Positions 52,694 through 62,952 of a stretch of DNA of 64,000 nt are shown one piece after another. The notes below the pieces were generated by a model that did no database searches, was not told the origin of the DNA, and saw nothing but the letters and a program-made list of their open reading frames with translations. Position numbers and translations under genes: made by a program. Source of the DNA: Candidatus Microgenomates bacterium (GTDB lineage: Bacteria > Patescibacteriota > Microgenomatia > JACQLA01); contig JACQLA010000003.1 of the NCBI GenBank assembly GCA_016204255.1, positions 106,255 through 170,254 of the forward strand, in the 5' to 3' direction. The first letter of the stretch is position 1; every line of letters begins with the position of its first letter.

Positions 52694-52752
52694 TGTCATC
52701 CTGAACGCAGTGAAGGATCCCTGAGATTCTTCGCCTACAGCCCAGAATGACA
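52694..52752. repeat. Inverted-repeat element, short member (TGTCATCCTGA...CAGAATGACA)
   Basis: 59-bp hairpin between pheS and pheT. Confidence 0.7.
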
Positions 52753-52763
52753 CTTAAATAAAT

Positions 52764-54794
52764 ATGAATATTCTCATCCCGGATTCATGGTTGCGAGATT
52801 TTTTAAAAACTAAGGCTCAGCCTTCTCAAATTGCCGAAGCGCTTTCTTTATGTGCCGCTTCAGTTGAGCGAATCGAAAAAATCTCAAATGATTGCCTTTA
52901 TCACATTGAGATTACTACCAATAGACCTGATATGGCCTCAATTTACGGTCTGGCGCGGGAAGCGGCGGCGGTTTTACCCAGATTTGGATTTAAGGCAGAA
53001 TTAAAATCTTATACTCAAAAATCGCCAATTATTCTTAAACCCAAAGTCAGTTACTTAGATGTAAAAATTACCGACGACAATCTTTGTCCGCGTTTTGCCG
53101 CTCTTCTTTTGGAAAACATTGAAATAAAGCAATCGCCGCCTCTGGTCCGCGAGCGCCTGGAAAAGTGCGGTATTCGGGCCCTGAATAACGTTGTTGATAT
53201 TTCAAACTATGTGATGTTTGAAATCGGCCAGCCGATGCATACTTTTGATTACGACAAAATTCTGGGTCATAAAATGTTGATGCGGCCTTCCAAAAAAGGC
53301 GAGTCGATTATTACTTTAGACAAAATAAAAAGAGGCTTGCCTGAAGGTTCAATTATCGTCGAGGATGCAGATGGCCGGATTATCGACCTTTGCGGGATTA
53401 TGGGCGGAGCAAATTCGGCCATTGATTCAAAAACTCGCCGGGTCTTACTTTTTGTTCAAACTTACGACCCGGTTAAAATCCGGCAAACTTGCCAACGAAT
53501 GGCTTTCCGCACTGATGCTGCCTCTTTATTTGAAAAAAGTCTTGATCCCGAAAATGTTACTCCGGCTCTTATCAGAGCGGCCGAGTTGATTGAAAAACAT
53601 GCTGATGCTAAAACCACAACCGAAGCCATTGATATTTATCCCAAACCGTATAAACCCCTATCCGTAAGACTTACAGTAGAACAAGTGGAGCAAATTTTAG
53701 GCGTTAAAATTCCGTCTCAAGAACTTAAAAAAATTTTAGATTCTCTTAATTTTAAATCTAAATTTGTGGACCAAAATTCCGCGTTAGTGGTAAACGTTCC
53801 ATCCTACCGGGCCCAAGATATTTCTATCCCACAGGATTTGATTGAAGAGGTAGCCCGAATTTATGGTTACCACAATCTTCCCTCATTACTTCCGGTGGGA
53901 GAAATTCCTCAAACTGTTAAAGATCCTAGTTTTTTTTGGGAAGAGCAAACAAAAACGGCTTTAAAATACTGGGGTTTGAATGAAACCTATACTTATTCTA
54001 TGGTTTCTGGCAAAGCGTTAGAAAACTGCGGGATTGATCCCCAAAAGACTTTAAAAATCTCAAATCCTCTGACCGAAGACCTGGTCTATATGAGACCGAG
54101 TCTTATTCCCAACCTTCTTTTAGCTTACCAGCAAAATCAATTTTTAAAAGAAGATCTCAGATTATTTGAGCTGAGCAAGATCTATCTTCCCAAAAGACTT
54201 AATCTGCCGGATGATCAATCGCGTCTTTGCGCTCTTTTATCCGGCGAAAGATTTTTAGAGACTAAGGGGTTAATCGAATCTCTTCTTAACGTTTTGGGAA
54301 TCACAAGTTATACATTTATGCCCAATGATTTAACAAATAACAATCTCTGGCATCGCGATCGAAGCGCAATGATAAAAATTGGGAAGAGCGGGGGAGAATT
54401 AATTGGCATGATTGGAGAAGTAAATCTCTCTGTTTTGACAAAATTTGATATTCGCACGAAAGTAACTATTGCTGATTTGGATTTTACTCAAATTGTAAAA
54501 CTGGCTACCAAAACCAAAAAATACCAACCTATTCCTAAATACCCACCGATTATTGAAGATATATCAATCGTTGCCAATCCCAAAATTCTAACCGGCGAAA
54601 TTATCACAGAAATTAGAAAACAAAGTAACCTTATAAAGGACGTTTCTCTTTTAGACCAATTCGAAACTTCCCGGACTTTCCATATCATTTATCAACACCC
54701 GAAAAAAAGTTTAACCAGCAACGAAGTCGCTAAAGTTAGAGAAAAGATTATTAAAATCCTTCAAGAGAAATTCGAGGCACGGGTTAAGGAATAA
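52764..54794 (+). CDS. pheT: Phenylalanyl-tRNA synthetase beta subunit (no N-terminal tRNA-binding domain)
   Basis: B3_4 (EITTNRPD), B5 and C-terminal FDX-ACB-like regions. 676 aa versus about 800 in canonical forms. Confidence 0.9.
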   Translation: MNILIPDSWLRDFLKTKAQPSQIAEALSLCAASVERIEKISNDCLYHIEITTNRPDMASIYGLAREAAAVLPRFGFKAELKSYTQKSPIILKPKVSYLDVKITDDNLCPRFAALLLENIEIKQSPPLVRERLEKCGIRALNNVVDISNYVMFEIGQPMHTFDYDKILGHKMLMRPSKKGESIITLDKIKRGLPEGSIIVEDADGRIIDLCGIMGGANSAIDSKTRRVLLFVQTYDPVKIRQTCQRMAFRTDAASLFEKSLDPENVTPALIRAAELIEKHADAKTTTEAIDIYPKPYKPLSVRLTVEQVEQILGVKIPSQELKKILDSLNFKSKFVDQNSALVVNVPSYRAQDISIPQDLIEEVARIYGYHNLPSLLPVGEIPQTVKDPSFFWEEQTKTALKYWGLNETYTYSMVSGKALENCGIDPQKTLKISNPLTEDLVYMRPSLIPNLLLAYQQNQFLKEDLRLFELSKIYLPKRLNLPDDQSRLCALLSGERFLETKGLIESLLNVLGITSYTFMPNDLTNNNLWHRDRSAMIKIGKSGGELIGMIGEVNLSVLTKFDIRTKVTIADLDFTQIVKLATKTKKYQPIPKYPPIIEDISIVANPKILTGEIITEIRKQSNLIKDVSLLDQFETSRTFHIIYQHPKKSLTSNEVAKVREKIIKILQEKFEARVKE

Positions 54795-54864
54795 AGTTCA
54801 AGGACAAGATAATGTCCCCAGACTTTTACTTTCAGTAATTTTTCCTGTATAATCGTTTTTGTTT

Positions 54865-54886
54865 CTCCCCAAATCGGGGAGTTTTT
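54865..54886 (+). terminator. Hairpin CUCCCC-AAAUC-GGGGAG + U5, 12 nt downstream of a TGTATAAT box (54846-54853)
   Basis: Seen in sequence. Lies between a -10-like box and ORF 54899, so it may be a 5'-UTR stem rather than a terminator. Confidence 0.4.
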
Positions 54887-54898
54887 AATTAGATTTTT

Positions 54899-55183
54899 AT
54901 GGTTAGAAATACTAAAGAACAGCTTAAAACAGTTAAGTGGGGAGTGAGATTCAACGAATTATGTCATACTCAGCAAGAGGCTTTGAAGAATTTTGCTCAT
55001 AGCGTGACCGACTTATTGCTGGGCGGTAATTCTAACGAATCTTTGGAGGAGAAAGTAACTAATGGAATGAATCATCTATTAGATACTGGTATCTCGGCAA
55101 CTTTAATCATGACAGCAGTGGTTGTAGGTTTCGCGGAGGCACAAGAAAAATCCCAAGAACCGGTACTAGCAATAAAAGGCTAA
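54899..55183 (+). CDS. Small hypothetical protein (94 aa)
   Basis: ORF with a C-terminal hydrophobic segment. No family recognised. Confidence 0.45.
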   Translation: MVRNTKEQLKTVKWGVRFNELCHTQQEALKNFAHSVTDLLLGGNSNESLEEKVTNGMNHLLDTGISATLIMTAVVVGFAEAQEKSQEPVLAIKG

Positions 55184-57774
55184 GGCGCAGGAATCGGGGT
55201 GGGTGAGATTGGTGTTGGCGATGGAGTAGGGGAACAACTATCCCAAGGGCAAAAGACACCGATACGGCGCTCAGCCGCTCCCTCGTTTCCTTTTTCATCA
55301 ATCGCTCTTATCCTTAACTTATGTGCGCCTTTATTTAAATTCACTCTTTCGGAAACAGAATCGCTCTCCCAGGTTTTTCTTTCTTGATCATCAACCTCCA
55401 AAATCATTTTAGTAATTTTTCTGGCCGATTTAGCCTCTGCCTTAACTTCAACATCATAGTCATCAATCTGGGCATGCTCATCGGGTTTGTGAATTTTTAC
55501 CACCACCTCATTCGCATTGGCGTCTGAGGTTTCAGTCGGAGGATGATATTTTTCTTCTCCCGGATAGGCGGTTTTTAACCACTCATCAATCGCCTGTTGC
55601 CAACGGTTAATGCCGTCACCGGAAACCGGATCACTATCTTTAAAAACAACAAAATCTTTTTCATCATAATTTCCGGAGGCAACCTCTATATCATTAGCAA
55701 GCTTCCGGTTAACTTTAGAGATTTTTAATCGCTGATAAATGGAAGAAATGGTTGTTGGCTCAGTGCCCTTGATAAAATATTCCGCCCGGGTAGGATAGCC
55801 ATCCTTTGGCAACCCGCCGGCAAAAGCATCGATAGTCACGGCCACCACACTGTCAGGAACCCTGGGTCTTTCATCAGGTTTATTTTTTAATGCTTCCCAC
55901 ATGATTTTATTCCAGATTGGAGCGGCTCCCGTTACCCCGGAGGCCAGACGCTTATCCATCATGGAGTTGTCATTATTACCAACCCACGTACCTACAACCA
56001 CCGAAGACGTGTATCCAACTGTCCAGTTATCGCGTTTGTCATCGGTGGTACCGGTCTTGACCGAAACAGTTTTGCCGGGAATAACCAACCATGAATTAGT
56101 GCCAAAAACAGTAACTCTTGCGTTGTTATCAGAAAGGATGTGGGAGATCAAAAATGCAACCGATTCGGAAAGCACATTCTTGCCCTTAGAATTTTTATGT
56201 TCAAAAAGAGTTTTATTCTGACTGTCCATAATTTTGAGAATTGAAACTGGCTCATTTCTAACCCCTTGATTAGCAAAAACTCCGTAAGCTGAGGCCAAAT
56301 TTAAAAGTCTTACCTCACCGCCTCCCAAAGTAATAGAGAGCCCAAACCGGCGCATATTTTCTGTTGTCGGTTCAAGGCTGGACATACCTGAATCATAGGT
56401 AGTTTGCAACATATCCTTTACCCCAACCATCCCTAACATTTTAACGGCTGGGACGTTGATGGAGTTACCCAAGGCAAATCTTGCCTGAACTGGCCCACGG
56501 AATTTTTCATCGTAGTTTTCAGGAATATAATCGGGTAAATTCTCACCACCATGAAAAGAGGTCTTAACATCCATAAGTAAAGTTGCGGGTGTATAACCCT
56601 TTTTAAAGGCAGTAGCGTAAGTAAATGGTTTAATCGCTGAACCAGGTTGTCGTAGCGAAAGGGTTACGTTCACCTTGCCATCATAGTCTTCGGCAAAATA
56701 GTTTTTAGAACCAACCATCGCCAAGATCTCTCCGGTTTTGGGATCCAGAACAACAGCCGCACCGTTACCGACTTTAAGACCCTTTGCCTTTTCAATCTCC
56801 TCCGTTACAATTTTTTGAGCCGCCTCCTGAAGATCGAGGTCCAAGCTTGTGGTAACCTTCAGTCCTCCCTGCTCAACGGTCTTTTCCCCAAATTGTTCAA
56901 CTAATTGCTGCTTTATATACATGACAAAATGGGGGGCCTTAATATTTTCGCGATATTCAGAAAATTTGACTTCCCCAAGCTGTTTTTTTGCCTCATCTTC
57001 CTGCTTTTTATCAATATATCCTTCTTCTTCCATGCGGTGTAAAACAATTTCCGCCCGGTCGATATAGGCTTTAGGATTTTGGCCAAAAGGGGAGTAATAA
57101 GTTGGAGAAACCGGCAACCCGGCCAAAATTGCCGATTCGACCAAATTCAAATCCTTAGCTTTTTTACCAAAATAATTTTGTGCAGCTGTCTCAACTCCCA
57201 CCGCGGTTCCACCATAAGGCGCTTCGTTAAGATACATTTGTAAAATTTGGTCTTTTGAGTATTTTCTTTCGATTTGAACCGCCAAAATAAATTCTTTAAT
57301 TTTTCGGGGCAAAGTCCGCTCAGAGGTTAACAAAACATTTTTAACTAACTGCTGGGTGAGAGTGGAGCCTCCTTCCAACTTATGCTTAAAAGCAATACTA
57401 AACATTGCCCGTGCAATTCCGCGCAGGTCAAATCCTCTATGTTTATAAAAATCTTTGTCTTCGATGGCGATTGTGGCCTGACGCATCACCTCGGGAATTT
57501 CATTAAAGTCTACGGGCACTCGATTTTGATCGCCATAAATATCGTAAAGAGTTTTTCCATTGCGATCATAGATAATAGTTGAGAAACCCGAAGTTCGAGC
57601 CACCTTATCTGGCCGAGGTAAATCTTTGCTGTACCAGGCAAAAAGAGCCACGGTAAAAAGAAAGGAAAAAGCAACCAAAAAGAAAATGATAGTGGCGAAA
57701 AAACTAAGAAATTTAATCCGTCGTTGTCGAGCAAGTAGGGGAGAAAATCTCCTCTGGCGTGATTCCCATTGCAT
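55180..57774 (-). CDS. Class A penicillin-binding protein (PBP1A-type transglycosylase/transpeptidase) with C-terminal Ig-like extension
   Basis: GT51 motifs (AIEDKDFYKHRGFD, GGSTLTQQ, RKIKE). TPase motifs SAIKP, SIN (GNSIN), KTGTT. About 150 extra C-terminal residues. Confidence 0.9.
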   Translation of the reverse strand: MQWESRQRRFSPLLARQRRIKFLSFFATIIFFLVAFSFLFTVALFAWYSKDLPRPDKVARTSGFSTIIYDRNGKTLYDIYGDQNRVPVDFNEIPEVMRQATIAIEDKDFYKHRGFDLRGIARAMFSIAFKHKLEGGSTLTQQLVKNVLLTSERTLPRKIKEFILAVQIERKYSKDQILQMYLNEAPYGGTAVGVETAAQNYFGKKAKDLNLVESAILAGLPVSPTYYSPFGQNPKAYIDRAEIVLHRMEEEGYIDKKQEDEAKKQLGEVKFSEYRENIKAPHFVMYIKQQLVEQFGEKTVEQGGLKVTTSLDLDLQEAAQKIVTEEIEKAKGLKVGNGAAVVLDPKTGEILAMVGSKNYFAEDYDGKVNVTLSLRQPGSAIKPFTYATAFKKGYTPATLLMDVKTSFHGGENLPDYIPENYDEKFRGPVQARFALGNSINVPAVKMLGMVGVKDMLQTTYDSGMSSLEPTTENMRRFGLSITLGGGEVRLLNLASAYGVFANQGVRNEPVSILKIMDSQNKTLFEHKNSKGKNVLSESVAFLISHILSDNNARVTVFGTNSWLVIPGKTVSVKTGTTDDKRDNWTVGYTSSVVVGTWVGNNDNSMMDKRLASGVTGAAPIWNKIMWEALKNKPDERPRVPDSVVAVTIDAFAGGLPKDGYPTRAEYFIKGTEPTTISSIYQRLKISKVNRKLANDIEVASGNYDEKDFVVFKDSDPVSGDGINRWQQAIDEWLKTAYPGEEKYHPPTETSDANANEVVVKIHKPDEHAQIDDYDVEVKAEAKSARKITKMILEVDDQERKTWESDSVSERVNLNKGAHKLRIRAIDEKGNEGAAERRIGVFCPWDSCSPTPSPTPISPTPIPAP

Positions 57775-57937
57775 ATGATTACGCTAGCACCCTGTTCGGG
57801 ATACTAATATTGAAGTTTATCAAAATGCAGATTATAATGCAATTACGCAGAGTAATTGCATTAGTAGCTAGGCGTCAGCCTGCGTCTAATTCAATTGTAA
57901 CCCGCCAGGGGCGGGGCGTTTTAATTCAATTACGCAA

Positions 57938-58013
57938 TGTCATTCTGAGTGAAACGAAGAATCTAATTTTAAACCATAGACGTGTGAGATGCTTCGCTTC
58001 GCTCAACATGACA
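57938..58013. repeat. Inverted-repeat element (TGTCATTCTGAGTGAAACGAAGAATC...GCTCAACATGACA)
   Basis: 76 bp. It generates the spurious N-terminal extension of tyrS in the ORF track. Confidence 0.7.
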
Positions 58014-58031
58014 AAAAATAATAGCTTGACT

Positions 58032-59228
58032 ATGGATAATCTCAACAAAATTCTAATTCGTGGGGTGGAGAATATCTATCCCTCTAAAGAATCACTGGAA
58101 AAAATTTTGTTGTCCGGCAAGAAGCTCCGGATTTACCATGGCATTGATCCCACGGGCAAACTTCATCTGGGACATATGGTTGTGCTGAAAAAGCTACGCC
58201 AATTTCAGGACTTAGGCCACGAAATTATCATTTTAATCGGTGATTTTACTGCCAGAATCGGAGACCCCACAGATAAGCTATCAACGCGAAAAAAATTAAC
58301 CAAGGAGCAAGTCGAAAAAAATGCGGCGGATTACAAAAAGATTATCGGTAAAATTTTAGATCTGGGTAAATCCAACATTCGCTTTTTACATAATGAGCAG
58401 TGGTCCAATAAATTAATACCTGAAGATATGCTTGAGCTGGCATCCCAATTTACTGTTTCTCAATTACTTGAGCGGGATATGTTTCAGGAAAGAATTAAAG
58501 AAGGTAAGGAAATTTATGTGCATGAATTCTTATACCCAATCTTTCAGGCTTACGACTCGGTCACAATGGATGTCGACATGGAAATCGGTGGCAACGACCA
58601 AACCTTTAACATGCTTGCCGGCAGAACGCTTATGCGTAAGCTTAAAAACAAGGAAAAATTTGTTTTAACCACTAAATTATTAACCGATCCAACAGGGAAA
58701 AAGATGGGGAAAACCGAAGGCAATATAATCGCCCTGGATGCTTCGCCCATCGAGATATTTGGACAAATAATGCGCTGGCCTGATGAAATAATGGAGTTGG
58801 CCTTCACTCTCTTAACCGACCTTTCCCAAGAAGAAATTGACGGGATTGTCGAGATTCTAAAAAGTGGGACCGAAAATCCGATGAATCTTAAAAAACGCTT
58901 AGCTCGGGAAATTGTAAAAGCGCTTTACTCCGAAGAAGAGGCGCAGAGGGCGGAGGAAGAATTTGAGAAGGTGGTACAAAAAAAAGAGCTGCCAACGGAA
59001 ATAGATATTATTCACTTCCCACCCTCGGTTCATTCACTGTCGGCGATCGATATTTTAGTTGATGGGGAATTAGCTGAAAGCCGATCCGAAGCCAAACGGT
59101 TGATTGAGCAAGGGGGAGTCGAGATTGGTGATCAAAAAATAACAGATCCCCAAACAGAAATTGAAATTAAAGATGATATAATTATCAGGGCCGGCAAAAG
59201 AAAATTTGCTAAAATAAAAAAAGTGTAA
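58032..59228 (+). CDS. tyrS: Tyrosyl-tRNA synthetase with C-terminal S4 domain
   Basis: ATG 58032 (MDNLNKIL). HIGH-type HLGH, FQAYD, KMGKT (KMSKS). S4-like C-terminus (SRSEAKRLIEQGGVEI). Confidence 0.9.
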   Translation: MDNLNKILIRGVENIYPSKESLEKILLSGKKLRIYHGIDPTGKLHLGHMVVLKKLRQFQDLGHEIIILIGDFTARIGDPTDKLSTRKKLTKEQVEKNAADYKKIIGKILDLGKSNIRFLHNEQWSNKLIPEDMLELASQFTVSQLLERDMFQERIKEGKEIYVHEFLYPIFQAYDSVTMDVDMEIGGNDQTFNMLAGRTLMRKLKNKEKFVLTTKLLTDPTGKKMGKTEGNIIALDASPIEIFGQIMRWPDEIMELAFTLLTDLSQEEIDGIVEILKSGTENPMNLKKRLAREIVKALYSEEEAQRAEEEFEKVVQKKELPTEIDIIHFPPSVHSLSAIDILVDGELAESRSEAKRLIEQGGVEIGDQKITDPQTEIEIKDDIIIRAGKRKFAKIKKV

Positions 59229-59354
59229 AGCTTATGAATATTTTTCGCAAACATCAATGGGTTGGAAAAATTATTATCGCCATAGCCACTTTGGCTTTAA
59301 TTATTACTTCCTTTTTACCTCTGTTTTAATCAAGTTTATTTTTAGGGGCCGATT

Positions 59355-61421
59355 ATGAATTTAAGCCTCCAGATACAGGTGGAGAAGTTACCAATGATTG
59401 GGCCGGTTTACGCCCGTAAACTGCATCGCTTAAACATTAAAACTGCCGAGGACCTTCTAACTCATTTTCCCTTCCGCTATCAAAATTTCTCACTTCTTTC
59501 AAAAATCGCCTCAGTTCAGGAAGGCGAAGTCGTAACTATTTCTGGAAAAATTGAGATGATTAAAAATGAATATACACGTAACAGAAGAAGACTCCAAAAG
59601 GCTAAAATTATTGATGAAACTGGAAGTTTAGATGTTATTTGGTTTAATCAACCATTTTTAATCAGAACTCTTCACGCCGGAGACGAAGTGAATCTCTCTG
59701 GCAAGATTCATCGTTCCGGCAATAAGTTAGTAATGGAGTCCCCGGATTATGAGCTGAAAAGAAGTGATCCGATTCATACTGGCCGGCTGGTTCCGATTTA
59801 TCCGGAAACCGCAGGCCTCTCTTCCAAGTGGCTAAGAAGCAGAATTTATCCCCTGCTTAAAAATTTAGGTGACGCGTTTGAAGAATTTCTTCCGACTGAT
59901 ATTCTTGAAAAAAATGAACTTATCGATGAAAAAGAAGCTATCAAACAAATCCATTTTCCGGATAATGAAGAAAGAGCCCAACTCGCGCGCAAACGGTTAG
60001 CTTTTGACGAGCTGTTTCTTCTTCAGCTAAAAGGTTTAAAATTAAAACGTGAGTGGGCGGAAGAGACGGTGGGACACCGGCTTTCTATCAGTAAATACAA
60101 AAAGGAGATAGAAGATTTTTGGAATCGGATTCCCTTTGACCTAACTGATGCCCAAAGGAGAGTTATCGGGGAAATTTTTCATGATTTAAGTAGTGAAAAA
60201 CCAATGAATCGGCTTTTAGAAGGAGATGTCGGATCGGGAAAAACAGTGGTGGCGGCAATTGCTATGTATTTGGCTCATTTAAACGGTTATCAGGCTACAC
60301 TCATGGCCCCAACTGAAATTCTTGCCCTGCAACACTATCAAACAATTTCAAATATCCTAAAACCATTGGGGGTGAAAATTGCCTTGCTCACTGGCAACAA
60401 ACGACTCAAAGAGGAAGATTTGGAATCTAATATTTTTATCGGCACTCATGCTTTACTTTCTCAAAAACTAAAGGTTCAAAATCTTGGGTTGGTGGTTATT
60501 GATGAGCAGCATCGCTTTGGGGTGGAACAACGAGCGGCTTTAAAACAAAAAGGAATAAATCCACATCTTTTAACTTTAACCGCCACACCCATTCCTCGCA
60601 CTATCGCCCTAACCCTCTATGGTGAGTTGGACTTATCATATCTTAACCAAATGCCACCGGGAAGAAAGCCGGTAAAAACTTGGGTCGTACCGGATGGAAA
60701 AAGAGCGGCAGCTTACAATTGGATCAAAAATCAGATCCAAGAAAATGGCAGTCAATCCTTTATTATTTGTCCCTTTATTGAAGAATCAGAAACACTATCT
60801 TCGGTAAAAGCCGCCACAGTTGAATACGAGAACTTAAAAAAAACGGTCTTTCCCAATCTTAAAATGGCGCTTCTACACGGCAAGATTAAACCAAAAGAGA
60901 GGTCGGAGATTTTAGAAGGATTCCGAATGAAAAAATTCGATATTCTGGTGGCAACTCCTGTTGTTGAGGTCGGCATTGATATTCCAGGCGCAACTATAAT
61001 GTTGATTGAAGGGGCGGACCGCTTTGGGCTGGCCCAACTCCATCAGTTCCGTGGTCGGGTCGGAAGAAATGATATTCAATCTTATTGCCTTTTATTTTTA
61101 ACACCTCCGGGCGTTAAAGAAAATCCCATTTCCCCGAGCAATCGGTCGCTGGGGAGACTTAAAGCAATGGAGTCTCACTATTTTGGTGCCGAACTTGCGG
61201 AAATAGACCTCAAACTCCGAGGGGCAGGGGACATTTATGGAATTAAACAACATGGTTTATCCAGTTTAAAAATCGCTTCCTTCTCGGACTTTGAACTTAT
61301 TAGTAAAACGCGTAAAATCGCTGAGGAATTTTTGGAAAATCATCGCTCTGATTTGGAAAAAAGTCCGCTCTTGCAAGCAAAACTCAAAAAGTTTAAAATA
61401 GAAAACGTATCGCCAGATTAA
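59355..61421 (+). CDS. recG: ATP-dependent DNA helicase RecG
   Basis: OB wedge domain, then GDVGSGKT, DEQHRFG, TATPIPRT, QLHQFRGRVGR. Confidence 0.9.
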   Translation: MNLSLQIQVEKLPMIGPVYARKLHRLNIKTAEDLLTHFPFRYQNFSLLSKIASVQEGEVVTISGKIEMIKNEYTRNRRRLQKAKIIDETGSLDVIWFNQPFLIRTLHAGDEVNLSGKIHRSGNKLVMESPDYELKRSDPIHTGRLVPIYPETAGLSSKWLRSRIYPLLKNLGDAFEEFLPTDILEKNELIDEKEAIKQIHFPDNEERAQLARKRLAFDELFLLQLKGLKLKREWAEETVGHRLSISKYKKEIEDFWNRIPFDLTDAQRRVIGEIFHDLSSEKPMNRLLEGDVGSGKTVVAAIAMYLAHLNGYQATLMAPTEILALQHYQTISNILKPLGVKIALLTGNKRLKEEDLESNIFIGTHALLSQKLKVQNLGLVVIDEQHRFGVEQRAALKQKGINPHLLTLTATPIPRTIALTLYGELDLSYLNQMPPGRKPVKTWVVPDGKRAAAYNWIKNQIQENGSQSFIICPFIEESETLSSVKAATVEYENLKKTVFPNLKMALLHGKIKPKERSEILEGFRMKKFDILVATPVVEVGIDIPGATIMLIEGADRFGLAQLHQFRGRVGRNDIQSYCLLFLTPPGVKENPISPSNRSLGRLKAMESHYFGAELAEIDLKLRGAGDIYGIKQHGLSSLKIASFSDFELISKTRKIAEEFLENHRSDLEKSPLLQAKLKKFKIENVSPD

Positions 61422-61449
61422 AAGTTAAAATTCTGGCGCGAAATTTATT

Positions 61450-61656
61450 ATGACTCCCTTACCAAAAAGAAGACATAGTCGTCGGCGACAAGGCAAAAGA
61501 CGCCAGGCAATTAAATTAAATTCGGCAATCGGGCAAAATTGCCCTCAATGTGGTGCTCCTAAAAAACCCCATCTTGTCTGTTCGAATTGTGGTTATTACA
61601 ACGGGAAAATTATCATTGCCAAAAAAGAGAAAAAGTCAAAGACCAAAAAAGTCTAA
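61450..61656 (+). CDS. rpmF: Ribosomal protein L32
   Basis: PKRRHSRRRQGKRR and a CPQC...CSNC zinc ribbon. Confidence 0.9.
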   Translation: MTPLPKRRHSRRRQGKRRQAIKLNSAIGQNCPQCGAPKKPHLVCSNCGYYNGKIIIAKKEKKSKTKKV

Positions 61657-61664
61657 TTTCCAAT

Positions 61665-62045
61665 ATGAAGAGGAAAACTGATCCTCGTCATCTTGCAAGA
61701 AGAGCTGCCGTTCAATCTCTTTTTGCCGAAAGTTTTGTTAAACAAAAAGGTAGAGGCGGTACGGCAAAACTGGTCCTTGATAATTTAGGACAAATCGACG
61801 GTTTTATTTCGCACTGCGCGCCGGAATGGCCAATTGAAAAAATCAATAAAATTGATTTAGCAATTTTAAGATTGGCTGTTTATGAATTGGTTATAGACAA
61901 AACACAACCACCAAAGGTGATTATTGATGAAGCAGTTGAACTCGCAAAGGAATTCGGTCAAGATACCAGCCCATCATTTGTAAATGGTGTTTTAGGAGCA
62001 GTGGTAGAGAAAGCAGATGGAAGAACAAAAAAGAGAAATTATTAA
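61665..62045 (+). CDS. nusB: Transcription antitermination factor NusB
   Basis: ATG 61665 (MKRKTDPRHLARRAAVQSLF). DLAILRLAVYEL, IDEAVELAKEFG. Confidence 0.85.
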   Translation: MKRKTDPRHLARRAAVQSLFAESFVKQKGRGGTAKLVLDNLGQIDGFISHCAPEWPIEKINKIDLAILRLAVYELVIDKTQPPKVIIDEAVELAKEFGQDTSPSFVNGVLGAVVEKADGRTKKRNY

Positions 62046-62262
62046 AATAATCTCTGAGCAGCTAGGTATTCCTGCGGAAGAAATCAGCGAGGAATCCAAC
62101 TTCGCGAGCGATCTAAATATGGACCAACTGGAGTTGACCGATTTAGTTCTTGCGCTTGAAAAAAAATTCGAAGTTGAAATCCCTGCCGAAGAAATTAAAA
62201 ACATCCAAACCGTGGGCGACCTGCTGGAGAATATTATTAATCGTCTAGATGAATCTCCCTAA
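62017..62262 (+). CDS. Acyl carrier protein homolog lacking the phosphopantetheine-attachment serine
   Basis: Gapless match to ACP (KIISEQLGIPAEEISEESNFASDLNMDQLELTDLVLALEKKFEVEIP versus [47 protein letters not shown]). DSL is replaced by DQL. Confidence 0.75.
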   Translation: MEEQKREIIKIISEQLGIPAEEISEESNFASDLNMDQLELTDLVLALEKKFEVEIPAEEIKNIQTVGDLLENIINRLDESP

Positions 62263-62914
62263 GTTTAAGAGCCAGCAACTTAAAGACAGCGCCTTTATTC
62301 ATCGGTCTTTTCTTAATGAAAAACCGGAGTTACATCTTTCCTCAAATGAAAGATTGGAATTTTTAGGCGATGCTATTCTTTCTTTTATTGTTTCCGATTA
62401 TCTCTATCAGAATTTTCCCAAGCACAAAGAAGGGGATTTAACGAGTTTTCGGGCCGCCCTGGTCCGCACCGAGGCGCTGGCCGATTTATCCCAAAAATTA
62501 GACTTGGGAAAATATTTAAAGCTTTCCCGCGGGGAAGAGGAGGGGGGAGGACGACAAAATCCCTCAATTTTAGCCAATACGGCTGAAGCCCTAATTGGCG
62601 CTCTTTATTTAGACCAGGGTCTTGAAGCAGTTCGTCAATTTGTAGAAAAAAATCTTCTACCAAATCTTACCGAAATCATCAAAAGCCAGGCTTATAAAGA
62701 CGCCAAAAGCTTGCTTCAGGAAAGGGCTCAGGAAACAAAACAGCTCTCACCTGTATATCGGGTCTTAAAAACCGAAGGTCCTGACCACGCAAAAATTTTC
62801 CATGTTGGCGTTTTTATTCAGGAGAAGTTAATCGGCACAGGAAAAGGCGCTTCAAAACAAAAGGCAGAACAAGAGGCCGCGAAAATGGCCCTTGAGAAAT
62901 CGCCGAATTTCTGA
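62249..62914 (+). CDS. rnc: Ribonuclease III
   Basis: ERLEFLGDAIL signature, NTAEALIGALY, C-terminal dsRBD (GPDHAKIF...GKGASKQKAEQEAA). Confidence 0.9.
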   Translation: MNLPKFKSQQLKDSAFIHRSFLNEKPELHLSSNERLEFLGDAILSFIVSDYLYQNFPKHKEGDLTSFRAALVRTEALADLSQKLDLGKYLKLSRGEEEGGGRQNPSILANTAEALIGALYLDQGLEAVRQFVEKNLLPNLTEIIKSQAYKDAKSLLQERAQETKQLSPVYRVLKTEGPDHAKIFHVGVFIQEKLIGTGKGASKQKAEQEAAKMALEKSPNF

Positions 62915-62952
62915 TAAACTTAACGATTGTATCGTGCGTATAAAGGAGAAGT

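Noticed and set aside
16409-58013. CRISPR array formed by the recurring GTCATTTCGA-type repeats
   Set aside because: The copies are kilobases apart, differ in length, are internally palindromic and are not separated by regular spacers. No cas genes are present.
57759-58031. Long N-terminal extension of tyrS (track start 57759)
   Set aside because: The extension runs through hairpin-rich intergenic DNA and the inverted-repeat element at 57938-58013. TyrRS homology begins right after ATG 58032.
47357-58031. T-box leaders upstream of thrS, pheS and tyrS
   Set aside because: I found no T-box sequence (AANNNGGGUGGUACCGCG-like) or specifier-loop architecture. The upstream regions are occupied by a tRNA gene, small ORFs or inverted-repeat elements.
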